Made by a program: the position numbers and the translations under genes. DNA of 64,000 nt from Lytechinus pictus (lineage: Eukaryota). Under the pieces are notes generated by a model that was not told the DNA's origin, ran no database searches, and worked only from the letters and a program-made list of their open reading frames with translations. The first letter of the stretch is position 1. Each line of letters starts with the position of its first letter. Shown one piece after another: positions 38,301 through 50,977 of the stretch. The stretch covers positions 17,548,001 through 17,612,000 of the forward strand of contig NC_087245.1 of assembly GCF_037042905.1 (NCBI RefSeq), in the 5' to 3' direction.

Positions 38301-41300
38301 CAACACAATCACCATCGGTAATTGTTTTTTATGTCAATATCGTATAGATACTCCCATGGATGCATCACCACCCCAAGAAACTCCTGGTGGAGGAAGTTCG
38401 ACAACTTCACCAGAACTTTCATCCATTGGATCACCTGAAGCTTCGTCAGAACAAGCAATGAGCCCAATGACAGGCTCTTCAACTACTCCATCAGAACCTG
38501 CGACCAATGGTACAACGATATATTCGCAGGAACATACGTCAGGTTATTCGACAACTCCATCAGAACATACGACAGACGATGCGGCTACAACTTTGTCACA
38601 CCCTACAACAATTCCTTCTACGGAGGCTTTACCTGAAACCACAACTAAAGGAAATTTAGATGTGAATTCGTGTAAGATGCTCTATTCAATGGGGCATCAA
38701 ACAAGTGGTGTCTATGCCATCTCTCCTAGCGGTGTGGGACTGACCGATGTCTACTGCGATATGACCACCGATAGCGGAGGGTGGACAATCTTCCAGGTAC
38801 GTTCCGCTAGGTTCTCGGTGTGAAATGAATCTATCCGATGTTTATGTTTTATTAAGATGGTCAATATTTTTGCTTAATCGCATCTTTTTTTTCGTTTCTC
38901 TTTTCTTTTCTTTTTTTAAAAGAACTTTTGCTCTATCCACCATTTCATTCTGGCCTCTTCATCATGTTAATATAGGCCAAATAAGTAGAATTTTGTAGAC
39001 TTGCTCGGTTCGCCCGCTCACAATTTTTCTGAAATATTCCAACGTATCTAAACTCAACCTTCTCTTGCACGCTCACTATTCGATAAATTTTTCACATACC
39101 ACATCCTTCACAATAATAATATGCATACAGAAACGTTATGACGGATCTGTGGATTTTTACCGCAATTATACCGAGTATGTTCGTGGATTTGGTGACGTCG
39201 AGGGCGAATACTGGTTGGGATTAGACCAACTCTACTTACTTGCTAAAGATGGAGTCGAACTCAGAATCGATATGGTTGATTACGATAACAATCCATTCTA
39301 CGCTCATTATGGCAGTTTTAGCATTGGAAGTACCAACACCAAGTAAGGTTCTTACAATTTTCCTTCGCTATAATTATAGAGAGAGCGTATGGAAAACGTT
39401 ACATTTTGGAAAAGCTGTCAAAATTACGCTTATTAATGAAGCATCATTGTGTAATATCTCTAAAATCTTCTCTTTTAGATGATACCACGATATATTTTGT
39501 TCATGCTTGAGCGCAAAACGACATGTTTTATCAGAGTGACGAGAATGGCTTGCGCCATAATGAAGGAAATGGGCAGTCAAATCAAATGATTTGCTCGAGT
39601 TATTAAGATCTTTTCACATACTATTTATTCTTAATTAGTACAGGATAGAAGAGGCATAACCTTGTTTTTACATATATATTATATTTTTTGATGGTTTCTT
39701 GTCAATTTGAGGGTGCTGATTACGAATCTGAATGATGCCACTCGTGTAACCTTGAGCATTTTCCACAAATTGGCAAAATCCAATATGGCCGCCAAAATAT
39801 GCAAATTACCCATGAAAATCATAAAATTGCCCGCACATTGGCAACAAAATACATGAAAGTGTGTGGCAGGAGTGAAATACTCGCTGAAAAAATAATTTTT
39901 GACAAAATATCTATTTTCTGGATCATAATGGCCGCCATAGGCCTCTGTATACTCTATTATGTGCAACATGAATAGGGAAAACTAATTTTCACAAAAAATG
40001 AGCACTAAACTGCAAGAAATCGTGATCTATGAACGAAGTTCTGTATGCAAATCGTCATTACTAACGAGATATATCATTTATTATATCATGTATGGGAACA
40101 TTTCTGTATTTTGATATTTAAAATAGCCGCCACTGGCCAAAACAGTATTATGTACAATGGCAAAGGGGGCCAAAAAAATCACAAGAGTGAGCACTAAAAT
40201 GCATATTATTAAGATAAACGAGTGGAATACTGACTAAAAACATAATTGTTAGCGAAATTTATCATTTAATATACCATGTATGTGATAAATGTTGTATTTT
40301 GATATTCAAAATTGCTGCCTAAGACCCTAACAGTATTATGTACAATGAGAAAGAGGACCAAAGAAATTACAAGAGGTGGCACTAAAATGCATATGTATGT
40401 GATAAAGTTACGTAATACTGTCTAAAAAATAAACCATAATGAATATTCGTAGTACACGTAAATGGAGTAGATCTCCAACGAAATATAGTTTGTGTTAAAT
40501 ACTGTATTTTGACTTTCAAATTGGCCGCCATAGACATTGACTGTATTATGTATAATGCGAACTGGGAAACTAATATTCACAGGAGTGAGCACCATAAATG
40601 TACGTTGTAGTGATCCATGAGTAAAATATTGCCTGAAAGCATAATTTCTAACAAGATATATCATTTATTCTGCCAGTTAGGTGACAAATACTGTATTTTA
40701 AAAGTAAAAATGGCTACTACAGGCCCTTACGGTATATTATGTACCATGTAAATGGAAAAAAATGATTTCAACAGAATTTGGCTTTGCTTGACTAAATGGT
40801 GTTGTATGAGTGAAATATTGTCTGAAAACATCATTTATAACAAAAATATATCATATCTTGTGTAATTTAGGTGATAAATATTGTATTTAAACATTCAAAA
40901 TGGCCGTCATATGCCCTTTTGTGAAAATTATCTGTCGTCATTCAAATTGACGATAAGGGCCTATGATGGCTATTTTCAATTTCAAAATGCAGCATTTTCA
41001 ACTTAATTACACAAGATATGATATATCTCGGCAGAAACCATGGTTTTAGGCAATATTTCACCCTTACATCACAATTATATGCAATATCTATAGTCAAGCA
41101 AAGCCAAATTCTGTCAAAATTATATGTCACATGTTCCTATGTACATAATACTTTTAGGACCTATGGCAGCCATTTTGGATTTCAAAGTATACAGCATTTA
41201 TTACCTCCATGACCAATATGTGATGTATGTAGTTAGAAATCATGTTTAAGACAATATTTTTAATCGTACATAACAGTTACATGCATTTTATGATTCTCAC

Positions 41301-44300
41301 TCTTGTGAAAATTAGTTTGGTTAGGGCTTGTAGCGGCTATTTTGAATGTCAAAATACAGTATTTATCACCTACATGGCAGAAGAAATGCTATAATTCCTT
41401 CAAAATTATGTTTTCAAATAATATTTTACTCATACAACAGGATTATATGGATTTCATAGTCAAGCAAACCCAAATTCTTACAAAATTATATGTCCCCATT
41501 TTCATTTTAGATAATACTGTTAGGGCCTTTATGGGCCAATTTTGAATTTCACAATACAGCATTTATCTCATGCATGACAAAAGAAATGATATGCCTCGCT
41601 AGAAAACATGTTTTCAGACAAAATTTTACTCGTAGATCACAATTACATGTATTTTATGTTTCTTACTCTTGTGAAAAATAGTTTCTCCATTTGCATTGTA
41701 CATAATGAATATAGGGCCCATGGCGGCCATTTTGAATGTCAAATTATAGCATTTATCACATACATGGCATGATGAATAATATCTTTTGTTAACAATTATG
41801 TTTTTAGTCAGTATTCCACACGTTTATCTTAATAATATGCATTTTAGTGCTCACTCTTGTGATTTTTTTGGCCCACATTGCCATTGTACATACTACTGTT
41901 TGGGCCAGTGGCAGCTATTTTAAATAATAAAATACAGCAATTTTCCCATACATGACATAATATATATATCTCGTTAGTAATGGTGATTTGCATACTGTAC
42001 TTCGTTCATATATCACGATTTCTTGCGGTTTAGTGCTAATTTTTGTGAAAATGAGTTTTCCCTATTCATGTTGTACATAATAGAGTTTACAGAGGCCTAT
42101 GGCGGCCATTTTGAATATCCAGAAAATAGATATTTTGTCGAAAATTATTTTTTCAGAGAGTATTTCACTCCTGCCACAAAATTTCATGCATTTATCGCCA
42201 ATGTGCGGGCAATTTTGTGACTTTCATGGGTAATTCAAATATTTTGGCGGCCATATTGGATTTTGCCAATTTGTGGAAAATGCTCAAGGTTACGCGAGTG
42301 ACATCATTCAGATTCATAATCAGCACCCTCGAATTGACAAGCAACCATAAAAAAATATTGTATATATGAAAAAACAAGGTTCGTCAATTTTCTATGGGGC
42401 CAATCCTGGACTAAATCATGCTTAAAACAGTGGACAATAGAAATTTTAAAAATCTATTTTGGGTATTTGACGTACGTGATTTTGACAGCTTTTTCAAAAT
42501 GAAACGTTTATCGTTCATCAAATTTTGATTTTTGTTTATATTGCTTATATAATTCTACATTACACATTACTACCGAACCAACAGCAACGGTAATTATCAT
42601 TTCCCTAATCATCCCCGGGTAATTTGTGCCTTTTCACTCCCGGTTCACCCCCCCCCCCCCCCCCCCCCCTCCGCTCGTAATCGCGATATCTGCGCGATGG
42701 CGGAAAATGACGGTTGCATCTTAGCAAACTTTCACTAAATCTATATTATCTTGTCCCATACACAAATTAACAATCTTTATTTGCGCTATGGAAGTAGAAT
42801 TTGGGGGTAAATCTATCGATAAAGCCATCGAAAAACTTTTTTTTCAGAGACTCTTTGTATCTAGGATTGTTATAAATATGCATACACATAAAATGTTTTC
42901 TTAAGTGGGTCTTTTTATCGTTGTGTTTTTCCTGTTTATTTATTTTTTTTAACTATGTTTTTTATGGAATTTTTCGTCGATACTTGAAAGTGCTATTTAA
43001 ATCGAATGTTACAAGGGCCGCGAAACCGAAGGGGGGGGGGGGCGGGTGGCGCTTCGTCTCTCCTAGTATTTAACCATTTTCACAAAGAGTGAAAATGACC
43101 AACGATTTTATGCATGCCCCCCCCCCTCGCTTTCCATATCGTTCTGCAGCCTCTCTGTTAAAAGATACAGTTACTAATTTTGACTAGAAACAGAGTTTAC
43201 ATTGGATTTGTGCATGAAATTACTTTTTTTAAGCAAATTTGGGCCTAACAATAACCATGAGCAGATGACCAATACACCGTGAATTACGATAATTTAAGGG
43301 GTACTCCAGGCTGAAAATGATATGATTTGAAAAAGATAAAGAAAAAATAGACAAACAAAACACTGAAGAATTGTTTGAAAATGGACAAGGAATAACAAAG
43401 TTATGACATTATATAGATTTGCATTATTTATTTCATATTTTCATACATGTGTGTGTGATATATCTTTATCATGATAAAATAAGTTGCAGCCATGAATATC
43501 TCATATATTATATCAATTGTCTATCCTTTTATATTTTGTTCTTAAAGAAAAAAATGAATAAACATACTTTCATGTAAAAAAATACAAAAGAACAAGTGGG
43601 GATATGATATTATCGGTCTACTCATGAAGACATGTTTAGAACTGTTTATTACGGTGAAACGGTTCTAAACATGTCTTCATGAGTTGACCGATAATATCAT
43701 ATCCCCACTTGTTCTTTTGTATTTTTTTACATGAAAGTATGTTTATTCATTTTTTTCTTTAAGAACAAAATATAAAAGGATAGACAATTGATATAATATA
43801 TGAGATATTCATGACTGCAACTTATTTTATCATGATAAAGATATATCACACACACATGTATGAAAATATGAAATAAATATGATTTCATGTAACAACATAA
43901 AAAGGTAAAGTGGGAGGTGACATCATCAGCCCACCTACTGAATATTCATGCAACGTTCATATAACTGTTTCACAATATTGCTGAATTTTACTATAGGCAA
44001 ATATACTTAGATATAATCATTTTCAACCCGGAGTAACCCTTTATTCTGATGTTGATTACATTTTCAATGTAATGCTTGTTTAAATTTATTTTAAAGTAAA
44101 TGAATAAAGATATTAATGAATTAATTGAAAAAAAATAGATAAAATATAATGACGTGACAAAAAATTAATGAATTACAAAATAATATTTATGCACGGAGCA
44201 TTTTTCAACTTAGGGGCCCTACGAAAATAAGAAGTAAAAATGAAAGTGCTGATACTTAGATCCTCGGGTGCGATACGTCAGACATATTTTCATTATATTT

Positions 44301-44666
44301 TCTCTTCAATCGCAATCTTGAATTTACATGACTGTTTTAAGGTTCTATATAGTCTTAGACTAAATTCAATTTAATGTATGTATTTACTATCTTCAACAAA
44401 GCTACCGAATCGGGTTTTCATCATATACCGGTACTGCAGGAGAAGGGCTAGATGTAGCCAACGGAAAGGACTTCTCAACCTATGACAATGACCATGATGA
44501 CAACTGGGGTAATTGTGCTTCTGTGTACAGAGGGGGATGGTGGTATAACGACTGTTATACAGCCAACTTGAATGGGGTACACGGACTCCAAACTGGTTTG
44601 ACAGGTATTATTTGGGATTTCTCTAACACAAAATACATGAGAGCTACAGAAATGAAGTTAAGATGA
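35306..44666 (+). CDS. Secreted fibrinogen C-terminal domain protein with mucin-like stalk, copy C (450 aa model)
   Basis: Exons 35306-35329 (MKKTSVIM), 35736-35805 (SVVCSSQSLPIFLFLIPVSFVHG, signal-like), 36278-36457, 37365-37517, 38348-38796, 39131-39342, 44402-44666. Total 1353 nt, open to TGA. FReD motifs VYCDM, GGWT, GEYWLG, FSTYDNDHD, GGWWY, NLNG and TEMKLR are present. Confidence 0.88.
37595..37905. mobile_element. 311-bp PIF/Harbinger-like MITE (copy C only)
   Basis: ATA-GGCCCGTATTCTGAAGTC...GACTTCAGAATACGGGCC-ATA; empty site GTGATAGGGTCTG in B. Confidence 0.9.
38177..38270 (-). mobile_element. Short SINE/LINE 3'-tail insertion
   Basis: Minus strand ...AGCGCCTTGAGCACC...GCGCAATATAAATACCCTAT(ATT)n. 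Empty site CTATGATCTTCCATG in B and D; remnant at 3900-3923 in A. Confidence 0.7.
39636..42413. mobile_element. Same Academ-like foldback (copy C)
   Basis: AAT-TAGTACAGG...CCTGGACTA-AAT. Confidence 0.8.
43426..43878. repeat. Near-perfect palindrome, 222-bp arms, 9-nt loop
   Basis: Arms 43426-43647 and 43657-43878 are reverse complements with about 3 mismatches; loop ATTACGGTG. Confidence 0.95.
44402..44666 (+). CDS. Terminal FReD exon, copy C (not in the ORF track)
   Basis: YRIGFSSYTGTAGEGLDVANGKDFSTYDNDHDDNWGNCASVYRGGWWYNDCYTANLNGVHGLQTGLTGIIWDFSNTKYMRATEMKLR*. Confidence 0.93.
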
Positions 44667-47059
44667 TCGGATTGATCCATGTTGTTGTCATTCCTTTCTA
44701 CCTAATTTTTGAAGTTCTTATACATAGTTATTTTAAAGCACAATGTAGTCCAAGTGATTGTGTATATTAGAGAATCACTTGAAAAACAGGAATAAGCAAT
44801 TTAAACATATTTCATGTAATGATCTATATCTATAATGGATTTCATGTCAACATGGTAACACGAACATGGGCCTCATGTTTCGGAGGGGGGGGGGTGGGGT
44901 GGGCTGCTCACGTATAATGGTAGAACCGGTACGTGGCTCTTAAGACCCCTTTTCACTCATTGACCAACCCGTTCTCCCTCGCTCCTTCATGTCCTAACTA
45001 AGCCCTTTATTTTATTCGTCAGTTCTCGATGACCACATTTCATTGTAAATTCCACCCACCCCCCCCCCCAAAAAAAAATGCAGAACTTCAGTTCTTAAGA
45101 GTATGGCATCTGATTTTCTGGCCAAACATCCGTATCCTTTCCAATCCGAGTAGGGGGGGGGTGCCTCTCACTGAAAAACCAGTCCAGAATGATAGTCCTT
45201 TCTCAAGAGCTTTCAAGACACTGGACCCTGGTTCATTTCACACCTTAAGGGCGCCACCTATTGATGTCCTTTACCAGGAAACGAAACAAAACTGTTTATT
45301 CATATTTATTTATCAAAACCTAATGAACAATCATTATTCGGAGTTGTTAAAACTCATATTAGTGAAAAGTGCGTAATTTTCAATATTTTACATCAAATCC
45401 AGACAATAACAGACTGTCATGAAAATTGCATTTTTCTCGTGACAATTTTATTTCCACTCTACAAAATCCCAGCCATGGCGTAATTTCCTTCAGCAAGAAA
45501 TGTATCCACATTGTGCTGCACTCAACCCAGGTGAGGTGAATGGGTACCCGGTAGGAAGAAATTCCTTGAATGCTTGAGCAGCCCAGCTAAAGCCAGGGTA
45601 ATAATAATAGCAGGGCCCGCTGGGAGAACAGTTTTCAGAACTGAAGTGGCTTCCCTGGGTAAATATACCTATATAACTATATTATTATAAAATACGTACC
45701 TTTTAAATTTATCTTTGATACAACCGATGTAGAAGAAGCTTGGCTATTATAGTGTGACTTATAAATTTATATGTCTCTCTCTCACTTACACACTCTCCCT
45801 TTCTCCCTTGCATGATTATCCCTCTTTTCTATTATTCATGCCATGTAAGTAGACTTAAGTTTTTGACGAAATACTGTTATGTTTTTGTTTATCTGCTTAT
45901 ATTCCTCAAATTGTATATTTGTTTTCATAACCTTGTATTTTTGTTTTGAACAAAATACTGGCGAATGCCAGTGATGCTCTAATATTAAATTCAGTTCAAT
46001 TCATGTTAGCAGTAAACAAACATACTCCAAGGAAGAAAAAAACGAGTTAGGTCTAAAGTCTGTCCTTGGATGAACGGTAAGTTAATTAGTGAGATGAATA
46101 GACGAAATAAGTTTCATAAAATGATATTAAAGTATAATTGCTCAGAATAAACTGACAATGGACAAAACATCGAAAATTATCGTTTACCCTTTCAAGCCAC
46201 TTTAAATTTTAATGTGGAAGTGTGTGGACATTTATAAAATGTTGATTTAAAACTTGTCAAATTTTGAGGAATTTCACATTTTTTAACTGTCTTACTGTTA
46301 TCATACCATATTTCGCCCAATTTCTGGATATATTAATGTTTTGATATATATTTCGTCATGTGTTAATTTAATATCCACATTTTGTGATCAAATAAAATTG
46401 GAAATATTCGCAATTATCTATTTTCAACAAAACTCGCTTTCTAGTTTTCCCATGAAACTGGCGGCATCACAGGTCGCCAACAAAGGCTACATTGCATGCA
46501 CCTGTGTATTCTTTTGTACTTCTTTAGAAATCGAAAGCTACACGAATTAATTTGCATTTCGTTGACACTCCATCTTTTTTACCTTCATGGAATTATCGAC
46601 CAATTTCTCTCCTTAGTTATAATTTTTATCGAAGATTCAAGAGAGAGCTGTAGTTGCGTAACTATGGGGGGCAAAGATAACGGAGGAAAAATAAGAGAAT
46701 TGAGGAAGGAAGAAAGAGAGACATTGTGACAGACATTGTGGGAAATGAAAGAAGGGGAATGTAAGTAATATTATTTTGATAATTTGATGAAAAATAATGT
46801 GCATAGGGTCTATGTGCTCATCACTCCTGGTGCTCATATTGTCTGATTAGATACATAATCCCGTCCAAGAGGATTAAATGGAGCCATGCATTTTCAAGTC
46901 ATACACCAAATATTTTTCCTCGAGCGCTCGCCAGGCCTAGTTCGCTTTGTGAATTAGGATATCCCTCGCTTTGCTCGGGAAGCAGCCGCCAGGGCCTCGA
47001 CAAGAGGCTACGTCAGTGGCTGTTCAGACAGCAGCATCAAATGCAGCACCATCAACCGG

Positions 47060-47325
47060 AAAAATTATGCAGTAAAAATTATTTCTACAGGAGCACCTCA
47101 CGGCTCAGTCCTTGGGCCGCTGCTATGTACCATCTTTATTAACGATCTACCAATACAAGTCGAGACGTTTTCTCATGTACTGTTGTAATGTTTGGTCTAA
47201 TCTATTTCTAAACAATAACGAAATACTCAATCAACTGCACAAGCGTGCAGCGTATAGGGCTATTAGCCTATATCCGGTTTCTCTTGGATGACCCCATCAA
47301 AACACGTATTTTATCAACTTACAAC
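47060..47325 (+). mobile_element. Decayed LINE RT fragment (duplicate)
   Basis: Homologous to 13050-13310. Confidence 0.75.
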
Positions 47326-48058
47326 CAGCACAACAAAATGTTGATTTGATTTGAATAAAAAGAGAAAATCAAACAAGCATAACACTTAAAATTTCATCAG
47401 AATCGGTTGTAAAATGAGAAAGTTATGACATTTTATAGTTTTGCTTAATTTCACAAAACAGTTATACAAATACTGGTCGGTATGCAAATGAGGAGACTGC
47501 ATGGTGATGCCATCCACTCATTATTTCTTTGTATTTTAGTATATGAAATATGTAATATTCTAATTTTCTCCTCATCGTCAAGTGAAATAACGATTAATTC
47601 CTCCCTGAACCCGTGGAATTAACATTGTGTAGATGTGGACGTCATTGGACGAAGCGGGTATTGGACGAACTGGGTCGACGGACGAACTGACGGACAATTT
47701 GGTCGAAATGATTATGTCGGGGCACTGTGGGCAATGGTAATGGACCTGAATCAGCAAAGCCCCCCCCCCCCAAAAAAAAAAAAAAAAAAAAAAGGAAAGA
47801 AGAAAGGAAAGATAAATGGGCTAAGGTAATCAATTTCAATGGGGTTTTATTAACCAAATGTCGTATATTCCCTGGAATCTTTCCGTCATCTGACAAAAAA
47901 AAAGACACCTTTGTTTCAAGACTCGTGAAATTTACAAACATTTTTAGGTGTAAGTCATGAATATTCATATATTCCCATGTCCCACTTTTTAAATACATTT
48001 TTTAGTTATTTATCTGCATCTTCACTTCGTTATTGCGTTGTTTTAAGTTATACTAATT

Positions 48059-50038
48059 CATAGGCTGAACCAGGGGAGCCGAGGGGCCCAGGCCCTCCCA
48101 ATTGGCGGAGCAACAAAAAAAGAAGAAAAAGGAAAGAAAGAAATAAAGGGAAAAGAGAGAAGAAAAAAGGAGAGGAGGAAAACGAGTGAATGAAAAAAAG
48201 ATTAAAATGAGGGGAAGACTTGGAAAATAAAAAGAATCTTTCATGTCACTAGGCCTATATAAAATTTTCGCTCGCGCTTCGCGGTCGCAATGTTATGTGA
48301 TTTACATAACTTGTTCAACGTGGAGCTGAAATATCAAGTTTGGAAGTCAATGTACAAAACATATTTCACCTCGGAAATCAAACTTTCATTATTTTGTGTG
48401 ATTTACAAATTGATTTTTATAAAGTTCTCTGTACAAATATTTTGATTTATCAGGTACTTATTATTTTCGTGTATTCCATAAAATTTTCAAAATATCCCTT
48501 TTCAGGTCTGATTGTCAAAACGTATCAGCTAGCGTTGCACGATCGCCTTTTGATTGGCGAGTTATGTATGTGTCAATATTGATTACGCAACAAACTACTT
48601 AAAATCCTTTGTTCATGACTGCATGAATTTCTACTCGCGATTTGCACTCACATTAATTCCGCGCCCTCATTATGCATTAATAAATAAGATATCAATTCAA
48701 TAATTAAATTGTCCATTTTGTTTCATCTCGCGCTTAGCAAGAGGAATAGAAAGATAGTCATCATTTTCGTATGATGACATGTCCTAAGGATGTCCCGGTC
48801 CTATGTCAAAACTCAAAGTAATAATAATGAAAAATATCAGCTCTTTATTAAGTGCAATCTATATCCACCTCACAATTTTCCTACAAAGTGCTTGAAATAA
48901 AGAGCTGAATTTGACCCTTTTTAGATCGGAATATCAAATATTTTATGCTCGCGCTTCGCGCTCGCTTTGATTTCCATGATAATGTACTTTTAGAATGCCT
49001 AGATTGTAGGATTAAATCTAAAACAGGCGCGCGTGCATCTGCTCGCGCTTTGTCCTCGCATTATTAATGTAGGAAGATCCCCTTATTACTCATCCTTTTC
49101 ATGACAATACATAATAGAGTGTCCCGTTTTTAGGTCTAAATCTCGATTTTTTCCGCTCGCGCTTCGCGCTCGCATCATTTGTTTAGTTATCACGATTACA
49201 AATATTGATTAAAATTTTCCATTCTTTACGTACTAGAAATGTCAAAAATTTTCAGCTCGCGCTCGCATTATATTGATTGTTGAAATATTTAACGTCTTCA
49301 TGGCTAAGTGCTAGCAGTCCTTAACAGGTAGGGCCTACCTTTTCCATCAGTTCAAAACTCTGCTCACGCTTTGCGCTCGCATTATTAATGTAAGGAAGAT
49401 CCCCAATTACTCATCCTTTTCATTATTTAAAAAAACATGAATAGAGTGTCTCGTTTTTAGGTCTAAATCTCGAAATTTTCGGCTTGCGCTTCGCCCTCGC
49501 ATCAATTGTTAAGTTATATACCTGTTCTGTTTAAGTTACAAAAAGTGCATAGAATTTCCAATCTTTAGGTAAAAGTGTCAAAAAATTTCAGCTCGCGCCT
49601 GACGCTCGCATTATTTGATTGTTGAAAATTATGTAACGTCTTCATGGCTAACTGCAAGCAGTAAGTAGGCCGTAGGCCTACCTTTTCGATCAGTTCAAAA
49701 CGTGTATTAAAAATTTCTGCTCGCGCTTCTCGTTCGTATTATAGTTGCATACACATCTTTTTCAGAATAACAAACATTGCCTACAATGTCCAAATTTTAG
49801 GGAAAAATACATAAAAATAAAAAAGATTGCTCGCGCTTCGTGCTCGCATTATATAAATTATGATTATGATATTATATATATGTTGATTTATAAGAGTAAT
49901 GCTAAGAAGCAACTATTAGAACCACCCCTTCAAAGAAACAAACAAAAATCATGTTCGAGCGGCCGATCGGGGAAAATATGGCTGAAAAAAAATTCCGGGC
50001 CCCCCCCCCCCTATTGGCGAAGGCTGGATCCACCCCTG
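48059..50038. mobile_element. Same hAT-like element at the paralogous site
   Basis: CTAATT-CATAGGCTGAACCAG...CTGGATCCACCCCTG-CTAATT. Confidence 0.9.
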
Positions 50039-50838
50039 CTAATTGTCTTGTTATTGTATTTGTATATCATAAAATCCAAGTCCACCCCAACAATCAAGAA
50101 GTGGATTTGGAGAAAATGGAGAAAAATCAAACTACGATAATTATAACGCTGCATCATGAGACGGCTATTCTGATTGGAGGTTTACTAGGCATTTAATCAA
50201 TTAAAGTTCTCATCGAGGAAAAGTTCTTCATCACGGTCAAGTGTTAAATAATGCTTGATCGAGAGTTCAATAACTCTCTAAACTATTGTGGTGGCAGCAT
50301 ACTATTTTTAAAAGGTTATTTTGATAGGGTCTCGCGTTACAATAGAGACGGGCACATTACCTAAAAAGGCAAATCCTTGTTGGGCCTATTTAAAGCGACA
50401 CATTTTGCAAATTGCATGCCTTTTCTCTAAACAACCTCTAAATGTAAACTGAAACTAATCAAACTAATTACTCTGTCAGAGTTGTATAAAGGGCTTATCC
50501 CATTCATCAAAATCTGCGGCAATTTTTTTTTATTTCGCTTAAATCTGTTTGCCAGAGTGCACATAATAATGACTCTAATCCTCGGTAAACTTGAGCAAAA
50601 GTTGCCATAATTAAGCGAACCTTTAAATAAAATTCACAATTATCGTTTATACCATCACGACAACTTGATACTTTATATATAATGTATACCAATTTGATGA
50701 GCATCAATAGCAAAGGCCAGATATTGCAGAATAAATATAATATTCATGAACTTCTTTGTGATAGCTAATTATGTCCTTCATACAAACGTCCTTGGCTCGA
50801 TGGCGTTATTCTCCCATGCAGCGGATGGGAGGCCTCGG

Positions 50839-50845
50839 TATAAAA
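50839..50845 (+). promoter_or_regulatory. Putative TATA box, copy D
   Basis: TATAAAA at the homologous position. Confidence 0.5.
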
Positions 50846-50977
50846 TGTTGATATCATTACTGTAACAACGGCACATTCAGATGAACAAATTCTTAATTCT
50901 GAGAGAGGAACTATACCTCTTTCACATTTCACGAAACTATTTGAAGATTTCCTTCTGCTGCTCTCAAGACTCGGTGC

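Noticed and set aside
35306..44666. Assigning a gene symbol (FCN, MFAP4, ANGPTL, TNX, FIBCD1)
   Set aside because: Only the FReD is shared. The diagnostic N-terminal domains are absent and orthology cannot be judged by eye.
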